From an uncultured Chloroflexia bacterium (GTDB lineage Bacteria; Chloroflexota; Limnocylindria; Limnocylindrales; CSP1-4), in the NCBI GenBank assembly GCA_963771795.1, contig CAVYUR010000001.1:1880-65879 (forward strand): a stretch of 64,000 nucleotides of DNA, written 5' to 3'. This document shows, one piece after another, positions 1-8,353 of this stretch; position 1 is the first letter of the stretch, and every line of letters starts with the position of its first letter. A model generated the notes under the pieces. It worked only from the letters and a program-made list of their open reading frames with translations, was not told the origin of the DNA and ran no database searches. The position numbers and the translations under genes are program-made.

Positions 1-1
1 G

Positions 2-67
2 CTGGCACTCCAGCGACCGGACCTCGCTCGCGAGTTCCGGACCTATCTCCAGCAGCTGGAGCTCTGA
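2..67 (+). CDS. 3' end of an upstream gene (partial, product unknown)
   Basis: Frame open from window edge (LALQRPDLAREFRTYLQQLEL*), mostly G/C third positions, TGA at 65-67. Confidence 0.3.
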   Translation: MALQRPDLAREFRTYLQQLEL

Positions 68-184
68 GCGGCGCGCCCCGCGTCGCCGTGAGCCTGCGCC
101 AACCGTCGTACGCTACGATCCCCCCGGCGCGTCACCGTCCGCGGTGAAGCTGCTGGCTGAGGGGGACGCATTGGAGGGCTAGCG

Positions 185-1909
185 TTGGCGGAGCTCGGGA
201 CGGTTCTCGGCGGCCGGTATCGGCTGGTCGAGCTGCTCGGACAGGGCGGCATGGCGACCATTTACCGAGCTCACGACAGCCAGCTCGACCGCGACGTCGC
301 CGTCAAGCTCCTCCGACCGGAGTACGGACGAGACCCCGATTTCGGCTCGCGATTCCGCCAGGAGGCGACGAACGCGGCCTCGCTCAACCACCCGAACATC
401 GTCTCGGTGTTCGACTACGGCCAGGATGCGGCGGGGCCATTCATCGTCATGGAGGTCGTCGAAGGCGAGGACCTGGCCTCGATCATCCGTCGTTCCGGTC
501 CGCTGCCACCGCGACAGGCCGCCCGGATCGCTGCGGAGACGGCGCGGGCGCTGCAGGCAGCGCACTTCAACGGGATCGTCCACCGCGACGTGAAGCCGGG
601 CAACATCCTCATCAGCCGCGAGGGACGGGTCAAGGTCACGGACTTCGGGATCGCCCGCGCGGTCGCCGAGGCTCAGATGACGCTACCCGGGACGACGCTC
701 GGGTCCGTCCACTACTTCAGCCCAGAACAGGCCCGGGGCGAGCAGGCCACCGCCAGCTCGGACTTCTTCTCGCTCGGGATCGTGCTGTACGAGATGCTGA
801 CCGGGCAGCGGCCGTGGGAGGGAGACAGCGCCGCGTCCGTGGCACTCGCCCGCCTCACGGGGCCGGTGCCCGATCCATCGGCCAAGCGCGCCGGCATCCC
901 GCCGGAGCTCGCGGCCATCACTCGCAAGGCGCTCGCCATCGAGCCCGAGGACCGCTGGCCGTCGGCCGGCAGCTTCGCAGCCGCCCTCGAGGCGTTCCTG
1001 TCCGGGGCGCCGATCCAGGGGCTAGGGGCGATCGGCGGAGCGACGGTCGTCGGCGGCGCGGCGGTCGCGGCGACCGCCCGGCCGAACCCCGCGGCAGTGC
1101 CGTACGCGCCAGACGCCTACGCCGGACGGCGTGCCGAGCGGTACCCGGAATCGGATGGGCCGCTCCGCCAGGCCAGGCCGCTGCCATCCGCCCGCCGCCA
1201 ATACGGCGACGACGAGGAAGAGCAGCGCACGAGCCCGATGGTCTGGGTCGCCGGCGTCATCGCGATCGTGATCCTTGCGCTTGCCGGCTTCCTGGTCTTC
1301 CGCCTGTTGTCCGGCGGCAGCGAGCCGCCGACGACCGGCACGGTCCCCGCCCCGAACTTCGTCGGCATGACGTTCGCCGCTGCCGAGCAGGCCGCCGCCG
1401 ACGAGGGAATCGAGGTTGTCCGGGCGGCGACGGTTGTCGACGCGACCAAACCGGTCGATACCGTTCTTGCCCAGGATCCCCTGCCCGGAGCCGAAGTGTC
1501 CGAGGGCGGCACGGTCGACCTCACGGTCGCCGTCGGGCTCGAGACCGTCGGCGTCCCGGATCTCCTTCGCAAGACGGACTCGGAGGCCTTCCAGCTGCTG
1601 ATCACCGCGGGGCTGACGCTCGGTGTGCGGACGGAGATCTTCGACCCGATCGTGCCCGCCGGACAGATCGTCCGCCAAGAGCCCTTCCCGGGGGTCGTGG
1701 TGAACAAGGGCACCCCCGTCAACTACGAGATCTCGAAGGGTCCGGAGCCCTCGCCGAGTCCCTCGCCGACACCGACCCCATCGCCCACTCCAAGCCCGAC
1801 GCCGCCGCCGACCGCGCCACCAACCGCACCGCCAACTGCGCCGCCTACGGCACCGCCGACTGCGCCACCCACTGATCCGCCGACGGACCCGCCCACCGCA
1901 TCGCCCTAG
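185..1909 (+). CDS. pknB: Ser/Thr protein kinase with extracellular PASTA repeats (PknB-like)
   Basis: TTG start with GGAGGG about 8 nt upstream. Kinase motifs GQGGMATIY, VAVK, HRDVKPGN, DFG, SPEQ. One TM helix (VWVAGVIAIVILALAGFLVF), two PASTA-like repeats, Pro/Thr/Ser tail. Confidence 0.9.
   Translation: MAELGTVLGGRYRLVELLGQGGMATIYRAHDSQLDRDVAVKLLRPEYGRDPDFGSRFRQEATNAASLNHPNIVSVFDYGQDAAGPFIVMEVVEGEDLASIIRRSGPLPPRQAARIAAETARALQAAHFNGIVHRDVKPGNILISREGRVKVTDFGIARAVAEAQMTLPGTTLGSVHYFSPEQARGEQATASSDFFSLGIVLYEMLTGQRPWEGDSAASVALARLTGPVPDPSAKRAGIPPELAAITRKALAIEPEDRWPSAGSFAAALEAFLSGAPIQGLGAIGGATVVGGAAVAATARPNPAAVPYAPDAYAGRRAERYPESDGPLRQARPLPSARRQYGDDEEEQRTSPMVWVAGVIAIVILALAGFLVFRLLSGGSEPPTTGTVPAPNFVGMTFAAAEQAAADEGIEVVRAATVVDATKPVDTVLAQDPLPGAEVSEGGTVDLTVAVGLETVGVPDLLRKTDSEAFQLLITAGLTLGVRTEIFDPIVPAGQIVRQEPFPGVVVNKGTPVNYEISKGPEPSPSPSPTPTPSPTPSPTPPPTAPPTAPPTAPPTAPPTAPPTDPPTDPPTASP
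1804..1900 (+). repeat. Coding 12-nt tandem repeat giving (PPTA/PPTD)n tail of the kinase
   Basis: Translation PPTAPPTAPPTAPPTAPPTAPPTDPPTDPPTA; imperfect ccgccaaccgca-type units. Confidence 0.8.
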
Positions 1910-1919
1910 GTCGTCGCGC

Positions 1920-2192
1920 TCAGCCCTCGCCGTCGAGCCATAGCGCTGCACCGGGGTCGGTGTCGGTCGGGGTCAGGGCCGCCGCGGCCGGCATCTCGTC
2001 CCAGCAGGCCCGGATCTCGTCGCCGCGTAGCGGCAGTCGTCCGCGATCGAGACCGCAGTAGCCGACATTCGCGGCGATGGAGGCGCGGAAGTTGCGGCAG
2101 GTGCCGCAGCTCGTCGAGGAGCGGCGGCAGACCCAGCAGCGGGCCGTTTCGACCTGCGGGGTGCCGCAATGCGGGCAGCGCCACAAAGGCAT
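1920..2192 (-). CDS. Small Cys-rich zinc-ribbon-like protein (hypothetical)
   Basis: ATG at 2192 (MPLWRCPHCGTPQVETARCWVCRRSSTSCGTCRNF...), three CxxC pairs, inside ORF 1920..2354, same strand as upstream Ig-like gene. Confidence 0.6.
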   Translation of the reverse strand: MPLWRCPHCGTPQVETARCWVCRRSSTSCGTCRNFRASIAANVGYCGLDRGRLPLRGDEIRACWDEMPAAAALTPTDTDPGAALWLDGEG

Positions 2193-2236
2193 GGTGCGAT
2201 GGTAGCTGCGAGCGAGCGGTCTGTCGACGCCTGCCG

Positions 2237-3457
2237 CTACTTCACGATCGCGAAGACGGATTGGTCGGTTGTCTCGCCGTGGTCGGTCGACTTGACGACC
2301 ACCGTCGCCGACACCTGGCCCGCCTGGGCGCCCTTCGGGATGGTCGTCGACCACGTCGCCGCGCCGTTACTCCCGCTGAGGACCGTCTTGGACGTCACCG
2401 CGCTGATGCCCTTCACCGCCAACGAAAACGTGACCTTCGCGCCCGCGAGCGGATGCCCGTCCGGATCGGTCACCACGACCGTCAACTTCACGCGTTCCGG
2501 CAGGGCCGACAGGCGGATCGAACGGGCCGACGAGGACAGGGTCGCGGCGAGCACGCCGGCACCCTTCCGGAAGGCGAGGTCGAGTTGATTCTCGTTGCCG
2601 GCGGGATCCGTGGCGGCGATCGTGATGTCGTTCTTCCCCGCGCCGATCGGCACGACGATCGAGAAGTTGCCGTTGGCGTCGGCCTGGCCGGTCACCACCG
2701 CGTCCGTTGTCACATTGCGGGCCTGCAGCCTGCTCCGGGCCTGCGTCTGGCCGATGAGCTGGACCGACTTCGCGTTGACTACGGACCCGTTCTTCGGCGA
2801 CGACAGCCTGATCTTCGGCTTGGCCGAGTCGAAGACATAGGTCACGACCGGCGACGGTTCGGACTCGCCCGTCGGGCCGAGGATCCTGGCGGTGAAGGCG
2901 TTCGCGCCTTCGATGAGGGTGATCCCCGGGACGATGAAGGAGGGCGTGCGGCCGACCGGGAGCTCGGTGACGATGCCGGCCGGCTGGTCGCCAAGCGCCA
3001 CGTAGACGCGGATCCGGATCGCCGGATTGCCGACGAGGTTGGCGGGGACCGCCCCGACGAGGTCGATCGTCGGCTGGTTCGTGTACGGCTCACCCGGTTC
3101 TTCGAGGATCGGCGCGTCCGAGAGGAGTGACGGCGAGGCCGACGGGACGGGCGTCGCCGTCAGGTCCGCGAAGAACCCGGTGAACGTCGAGCCGACAGTC
3201 GCCGCCACCTTGCCCATGCCGCCGGACGCCGCGAAGAGGACGCCGGCGCACAGGGCGACGACGGCGACGATGAACAACATGCGGAACGGCAGGGCGAGCC
3301 TGCGGGTGCGTTCGACGCGGCGGTGGGAGACACGACCCTCGGCCGGGACGCGGGGCCGAACCTTGACCGGAGCTGGCCGGCCGCTCGAGGGTGGCCGCGG
3401 CCGAACCTGGGACGGTCGTCCGTCGCGCCGAGTGGTCATTGCCGCGGATTGTCGCAC
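2237..3457 (-). CDS. Membrane-anchored protein with bacterial Ig-like domains (hypothetical)
   Basis: 406-aa ORF with basic N-terminus, TM helix LPFRMLFIVAVVALCAGVLFAA, beta-rich repeats ending KVTFSLAVKG...ATVVVKSTDHGETTDQSVFAIVK. Alternative start ATG 3439. Confidence 0.7.
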   Translation of the reverse strand: MRQSAAMTTRRDGRPSQVRPRPPSSGRPAPVKVRPRVPAEGRVSHRRVERTRRLALPFRMLFIVAVVALCAGVLFAASGGMGKVAATVGSTFTGFFADLTATPVPSASPSLLSDAPILEEPGEPYTNQPTIDLVGAVPANLVGNPAIRIRVYVALGDQPAGIVTELPVGRTPSFIVPGITLIEGANAFTARILGPTGESEPSPVVTYVFDSAKPKIRLSSPKNGSVVNAKSVQLIGQTQARSRLQARNVTTDAVVTGQADANGNFSIVVPIGAGKNDITIAATDPAGNENQLDLAFRKGAGVLAATLSSSARSIRLSALPERVKLTVVVTDPDGHPLAGAKVTFSLAVKGISAVTSKTVLSGSNGAATWSTTIPKGAQAGQVSATVVVKSTDHGETTDQSVFAIVK

Positions 3458-3729
3458 GCCCCGGCGCTAACTGGGTGCGGCGAAACCCTCCGTACGAGCG
3501 TGCGGCCCGCAATGCTGGATGATAGCGGCGCGTTGTAGTCTTGCCGTCGGCGCGCGTGGTGATCCCCTGCCACTCGCCGCTTTCGAGGGATGGAGTGCAG
3601 GCACGAGATCCAAAGAGCGACCGTCCGTCCGGCCCGACCGGGCGACCGGGCTTCGGCGTCGGCCCGATCGCCAGGGTGGCCCCGGCGCCGCACCGGCCAG
3701 ACCCATCCGCGCGCCCGGGGCTGCCGGCG

Positions 3730-3990
3730 ATGCCGATCACGCGGTCCGGATTCGGCCTGCCGAACCTCCGACGCAACGTCTGCCCGCACTTCTACATGAC
3801 CGGTTCCCGCGGCGCCATCCCGATCCAGGCACCGCATCTGCTCAAGGCGCTCATTCGCCAGGACGCGAACGTCTCCCGCTGTCAGCTCCGCGGCGGCGTC
3901 CACATGGAGCAGGGCTACGTCAACGACGTCTGCCTGACGCCGCGGTTCAACCAGTGCGTCTTCTACGAGGACGACCTGACGCGCGAGTGA
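3730..3990 (+). CDS. Small Cys-containing hypothetical protein translationally coupled to folC
   Basis: In ORF 3541..3990. From ATG 3730 the codons are almost all G/C-ending. TGA 3988-3990 overlaps folC GTG 3987 (GTGA). Start position uncertain. Confidence 0.45.
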   Translation: MPITRSGFGLPNLRRNVCPHFYMTGSRGAIPIQAPHLLKALIRQDANVSRCQLRGGVHMEQGYVNDVCLTPRFNQCVFYEDDLTRE

Positions 3991-5324
3991 CCACCGAGGC
4001 CACCTATGCCGCGGCGCTCGACGCGCTTGCCGACCGCGGCCGCTTCGGGATCCGCCTCGGCCTCGGTCGCACCCGGGCGCTCCTCCGCGAACTTGGCGAC
4101 CCGCAGCGCTCGATCCGCGGGGCGCTCGTCGCCGGGACCAACGGGAAGGGCAGCGTCCTTGCGCTAGCCGGCGCCGCCGTCCATGCGGCGGGCTATCGCG
4201 TCGGCGAGACGCCAAAGCCGCACCTCGTAACGTACCGCGAGCGCATTCAGATCAGTGGACAGCCGATTGATCAGGCGAGCTTCGCCCGCCTCGTCGCGGA
4301 CGCGCTCACAGCGGCCGATCGCGTCCCGCACCGGCTGGGTCCACCCACGGAGTTCGAGCTGCTGACGGCGATGGTCTTCCGCTGGTTCGCGGAGCAGAAG
4401 GTCGACCTGGCGCTGGTCGAGGTGGGGCTCGGCGGCAGGCTCGACGCGACCCATGCCTGGGACGGAGGCGTGGCGGCGATAACGAACGTCGACCTCGACC
4501 ACACCGACCGGCTCGGGCCCACGGTCATCCACATCGCGCGCGAGAAGGCGGCGATCATCGAGCGCGGCGACCTCGCCGTCACCGGTGCGACCGGCAACGC
4601 GCTGGCGATCGTCCGCCGGCGGGCCGCGAGGCTCGGGGTCCCTCTCACGATCGTCGAGCCGGCCCCGCTGGTCGGCATGACGCGCGACGGCATCGAGGTC
4701 GAGCTGCCGGTTCTGGGCCGCACGCGGGTCGGCCTTCGAGGACGCCACCAGGCGGCCAACGTCGCCGTCGCCGACGCACTCCTCGATGCCCTCCAGGCCG
4801 CCGGCATCGCGGAAGTCCCTGTCGCGGCACGTCGCCGCGGCTACGCCTCGGTCCGCTGGCCCGGCCGCCTCGAGCTGCTCTCGATCGAGGGCCGGGACGT
4901 CATGCTCGACGGAGCCCACAACCCGGCCGGGGCAGCCACGCTGGCGACGGCGCTCGACGATCTCAGTCCGTTCCTGACGTCGGGCCGGCCGACGCTCCTC
5001 ACCGCTTCGATGGCGGACAAGGATGTCGATGGCGTCATCGGCGCGCTCGCCGCGTCGGAATCGCTGCGGCAGGCGCGCGTCATCGCCACGCAGCTCGATG
5101 TCCCGCGGGCCCTCCCGGCGGCCGATCTCGCCGCGCGCTGGCGGCGCCTCGCGCCGGGAACGCGAGTCTCGGTCGCCGAGGAGCCGTCGGCCGGCCTGGA
5201 CGCCGCCCTTGGCGGCACCGATGGCCTGGTCGTCGTCGCCGGCTCTCTCTACCTCGTCGGGTTCGCCCGCAGCGTCCTGGTCGACGATCCACTGCTGCGC
5301 GACGACGGGCCGGGCGCAGGATGA
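3987..5324 (+). CDS. folC: Folylpolyglutamate synthase / dihydrofolate synthase
   Basis: Conserved region starts at GTG 3987 (VTTEATYAAALDALADRGRFGIRLGL...). Mur-ligase P-loop VAGTNGKGS. The upstream part of ORF 3519.. looks non-coding. Confidence 0.85.
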   Translation: MTTEATYAAALDALADRGRFGIRLGLGRTRALLRELGDPQRSIRGALVAGTNGKGSVLALAGAAVHAAGYRVGETPKPHLVTYRERIQISGQPIDQASFARLVADALTAADRVPHRLGPPTEFELLTAMVFRWFAEQKVDLALVEVGLGGRLDATHAWDGGVAAITNVDLDHTDRLGPTVIHIAREKAAIIERGDLAVTGATGNALAIVRRRAARLGVPLTIVEPAPLVGMTRDGIEVELPVLGRTRVGLRGRHQAANVAVADALLDALQAAGIAEVPVAARRRGYASVRWPGRLELLSIEGRDVMLDGAHNPAGAATLATALDDLSPFLTSGRPTLLTASMADKDVDGVIGALAASESLRQARVIATQLDVPRALPAADLAARWRRLAPGTRVSVAEEPSAGLDAALGGTDGLVVVAGSLYLVGFARSVLVDDPLLRDDGPGAG

Positions 5325-6286
5325 GCGCGTCGGGAGGCGCGGAAGCGACGCCGTCGGTCGCCCTGCCCGAGGGCTCGGACCTCGGGCTGCCTGGCCGGCC
5401 GGCGCCGCTGGCGATCGGGCCGCGAACGTTTGACTGGGGCGAGCGGACGTTCGTGATGGGCATCCTCAACGTCACGCCGGACTCGTTCTCTGGCGACGGT
5501 CTTCTCGCCGGACCAGCGGGAGAAGCATCGGCGGACCCGGTCGAGCGGGCGGTGGGCATCGGCCGGGCGATGGTCGAAGCCGGGGCGGACATCCTCGACG
5601 TTGGCGGGGAGTCGAGCCGGCCGGGTCACGAGACCGTCGATGTCGCGGAGGAGACACGCCGCGTCGTTCCGGTCATCGCCGCGCTCCGCGACTCGCTGCC
5701 GGGCGTGGCCCTGAGCGTCGATACGACGAAACCCGCGGTCGCCGAGGCCGCGCTGGCGGCTGGAGCTCATCTCATCAACGACGTCTGGGGCGTGGCGCGC
5801 GACGATGCCCTCGTCCGCGTTGCCGCGACTGCCGGCGTGCCCCTTGTCCTCATGCACAACCGGGCCCAGGCCAGTTACACGAACCTGTTGGCCGAGGTTC
5901 TTGCCGATCTCCAGGCCGCGATAGATCGGGCGACGCGGGCGGGGATGGCCTGGGACCGGATCATCGTCGATCCCGGCATCGGCTTCGGCAAGACGGTGGA
6001 GCACAACCTCGCCCTGCTCCGTGACCTCGGCTCGCTGCGGGTCCTCGGCCGGCCGGTCCTACTCGGGACCTCGCGGAAGTCGACGCTCGGCAAGGTCCTC
6101 GATCTGCCCGCAGACGAGCGGCTCGAGGCAACTCTGGCGACCACGGCCCTTGGCATTGCCGCCGGGGTCGACATCGTCCGCGTCCACGACGTGCTCCCGA
6201 ACGTGCGCGTTGCCCGGATGTCCGATGCGATCATCCGTGGATCGTGGCGACCGCCGCCCAGTCCGAGCGAAGGAGGCTCCACCTGA
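5321..6286 (+). CDS. folP: Dihydropteroate synthase
   Basis: FVMGILNVTPDSFSGDG, DILDVGGESSRPG, INDVWG, DPGIGFGK motifs. ATGA overlap with folC stop. Confidence 0.9.
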   Translation: MSASGGAEATPSVALPEGSDLGLPGRPAPLAIGPRTFDWGERTFVMGILNVTPDSFSGDGLLAGPAGEASADPVERAVGIGRAMVEAGADILDVGGESSRPGHETVDVAEETRRVVPVIAALRDSLPGVALSVDTTKPAVAEAALAAGAHLINDVWGVARDDALVRVAATAGVPLVLMHNRAQASYTNLLAEVLADLQAAIDRATRAGMAWDRIIVDPGIGFGKTVEHNLALLRDLGSLRVLGRPVLLGTSRKSTLGKVLDLPADERLEATLATTALGIAAGVDIVRVHDVLPNVRVARMSDAIIRGSWRPPPSPSEGGST

Positions 6287-6651
6287 GCGACAGGATCGTG
6301 CTCCACAACATGCGGTTCCAGGGCAAGCACGGCTGGTACGAGCACGAGCTGACGACGCCGCAACCATTCGAGGTCGACGTCGAGCTGCTCCTCAACCTCC
6401 AGCCCGCCGGCATCGACGACGATCTCGCGCTGACCGTCGACTACGCAAGGGTCTACGACGCCACCCGCCAGATCGTCGAGTCGACATCGTTCCGGCTGCT
6501 CGAGGCGCTCGCCGAGGCGATCAGCCACGAGGTCCTGGCGGACTTCCCGGTGAGCGAGGTCGGAGTCCGGATCCGCAAGCCGAACGTCGAGCTCGGCGGC
6601 CCGCTCGATCATGCGGCCGTCGAAATCTGGCGGCGCCGCCCGAGCGGCTGA
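6244..6651 (+). CDS. folB: Dihydroneopterin aldolase
   Basis: SDRIVLHNMRFQGKHGWYEHE... matches the FolB N-terminus. ORF-track start is GTG 6244, but AGGAGG 6271-6276 is ideally spaced for CTG 6283, which overlaps the folP stop (CTGA). Confidence 0.85.
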   Translation: MATAAQSERRRLHLSDRIVLHNMRFQGKHGWYEHELTTPQPFEVDVELLLNLQPAGIDDDLALTVDYARVYDATRQIVESTSFRLLEALAEAISHEVLADFPVSEVGVRIRKPNVELGGPLDHAAVEIWRRRPSG

Positions 6652-6653
6652 GC

Positions 6654-6683
6654 GCCCGCGGCGCGGGCCAAGTGCCTTGGCCC
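6654..6683 (+). terminator. Two overlapping GC-rich hairpins directly after folB stop (candidate terminator, no T-tract)
   Basis: gcccgcg-g-cgcgggc (6654-6668) and gggccaag-tgc-cttggccc (6665-6683). Confidence 0.25.
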
Positions 6684-6711
6684 CGGCCCGGCCCGGGACG
6701 CCCCGTTCCAT

Positions 6712-6876
6712 GCCAAATGTGCATGGCACGAACCTTGGACGGGGCTACCCGGGGCAAATCGGGCTCGTGAACCCGGCGAATTAGCTGTCGAAGGCTAACC
6801 CAACGTAATCTCAGCCCGCGGTGGCCCGGAAATCAGTCGGTCATCCCGTCCAAGGTTCACCAGGCGCACATTTGGC
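6712..6876. repeat. 165-bp element bounded by 32-33-bp imperfect inverted repeats (structured RNA or MITE-like)
   Basis: Left arm 6712-6744 GCCAAATGTGC-ATGGCAC-GAACCTTGGACGGG. The reverse complement of the right arm 6845-6876 is GCCAAATGTGC-GCCTGGT-GAACCTTGGACGGG (11+14 bp identical, 7-nt internal mismatch). Lies between convergent genes. Confidence 0.6.
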
Positions 6877-6962
6877 AGGAAAGGGGCCGGTCGCGCTTAG
6901 GCTGCCTGGTCGCGCCGGGCGGGCGTCAATTTGGCCGGCGCGACTAACCGGCCCGGCCGGCT

Positions 6963-8327
6963 TCAGCCCAAGCCGGGTGGCCTGGTCCCGAGCCTGACCG
7001 ACGTCGTCGAGTGCTCGCCGTCCCTGATGTACTCGACCTCGACCGTCTCGCCGGGCGAGAACTGGGTGAGCAGTGCATCGAGCGGATGCTCCTGGTCGAT
7101 CGCCTTGCCGTTGATCGAGACGAGGATGTCGCCGGTCTTGATCCCGGCGGCGGCGGCCGGACTACCGGCCTTCACCGCATCCTCGTCCGTCGGCTGCTGG
7201 TTCGCATCGAGGATCCGGACGTAGGCGCCGCTGTCTACCGGCAGGTTGAGGTCCTTCGCTCGCTGGCCGTCGATCCGGATGAACTGGATTCCGATATACG
7301 GCCGGGCAAGCGGCTGGCCAGCCACCGACTGCTCCATGAGCGGCTTGGCAAGGTTGATCGGGATCGAGAAGCCGATTCCGGTCGAATCGCGGGCGATCGC
7401 GGTGTTGATCCCGACGACGGCGCCCGTGGCGTCGAGCAGCGGTCCGCCGCTGTTGCCGGGATTGATCGCGGCGTCGGTCTGGATGAGGTTGTTGAGCTGG
7501 CTGCCCTCGGTCTGGATCGTGCGGCCCTTGGCCGACACGATTCCGCTCGTCACGGTATTGGAGAACGTCCCGAGCGGGCTGCCGATCGCGACGACGAGCT
7601 GCCCGACCCGCAGGCCGTCCGAGTCGCCGAGCGCGGCGGCCGTGAGGCCGGTCGCATCGATCTTGACGATCGCGAGATCCGTGAGCGTGTCGATCCCGTA
7701 GACCGTGCCGCTGTACCTCGTGCCGTCCTTCAGCTCGACGGTCACCTGCGTGCTGCCGGCGACGACGTGTCGGTTGGTCAGGATCCAGCCGTTCGAATCG
7801 AAGATCACGCCGGATCCCACGCCCTGCTCCGGGATCGCCGAGGCGGTCGGCTCGATCTCGACACCTGTCGTGATCTGGACGACGGCGGGACCGGCCTTCG
7901 CCGCGACGTCGACGATCGCCGACGACTCGTCGATCGTGATCGGCTGCTTGATGGTGTTCGCATTCGGATCGACGCTCGCCTGTGGCGCGGGACGGTCGAG
8001 CGCCCCTGTTGCGCTCAGGGCGACGACGGTTCCGCCGGAGGCCAGGATCGCGGCCAGGATGGCGCTTCCGAGCACGGTGCCCGCGCCTGCCGAGCGCTTC
8101 GGTGGTGCGACCGGCTCGATCGGAGCGCGCGGCGCGGTCTCGAACCAGCGCTCGGGGGTGGGCGGATGTGGCTCCGGCTGGGTCCAGCGCGGTGCTGCCC
8201 ATTCGGAGCGAGGCTCGGGTGGCGGCGAGAACGACGCGCCGTCGTGCGCCCTTGTCTCGTCTTCGGGGTCGGTATCTCGATGGTCGGTCATGCGATGGTG
8301 GTACTTCGTTCGGCGTGCTGCCGGCAC
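6963..8327 (-). CDS. HtrA/DegP-family (S1C) serine protease with PDZ domain (PepD-like)
   Basis: TNRHVV (His), GNSGGPLLD (Ser), C-terminal PDZ-like GAYV...AAAAGIKTGDILVSINGK, N-terminal TM. Alternative start ATG 8291. Confidence 0.85.
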   Translation of the reverse strand: MPAARRTKYHHRMTDHRDTDPEDETRAHDGASFSPPPEPRSEWAAPRWTQPEPHPPTPERWFETAPRAPIEPVAPPKRSAGAGTVLGSAILAAILASGGTVVALSATGALDRPAPQASVDPNANTIKQPITIDESSAIVDVAAKAGPAVVQITTGVEIEPTASAIPEQGVGSGVIFDSNGWILTNRHVVAGSTQVTVELKDGTRYSGTVYGIDTLTDLAIVKIDATGLTAAALGDSDGLRVGQLVVAIGSPLGTFSNTVTSGIVSAKGRTIQTEGSQLNNLIQTDAAINPGNSGGPLLDATGAVVGINTAIARDSTGIGFSIPINLAKPLMEQSVAGQPLARPYIGIQFIRIDGQRAKDLNLPVDSGAYVRILDANQQPTDEDAVKAGSPAAAAGIKTGDILVSINGKAIDQEHPLDALLTQFSPGETVEVEYIRDGEHSTTSVRLGTRPPGLG

Positions 8328-8353
8328 GGGCGGTGAGCGTCTCGTGACTCAGG

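Noticed and set aside
814-1951. Long alternative-frame and antisense ORFs inside the kinase gene (814..1875 +, 1022..1951 -, 1117..1722 -)
   Set aside because: These are typical high-GC shadow ORFs: Arg/Gly/Pro/Ser-rich, without motifs and fully overlapped by a gene with clear kinase and PASTA motifs. The same reasoning applies to 24079..26310 (antisense to the UvrA paralogue), 15557..16723 (antisense to Prim-Pol), 7011..8336, 8561..10045, 50638..52054 and similar ORFs.
3519-3986. N-terminal 156 codons of the 601-aa folC ORF
   Set aside because: Arg/Pro/Ala-rich with no similarity to FolC. The conserved region begins at GTG 3987, and the frame of ORF 3541..3990 has much better coding character here.
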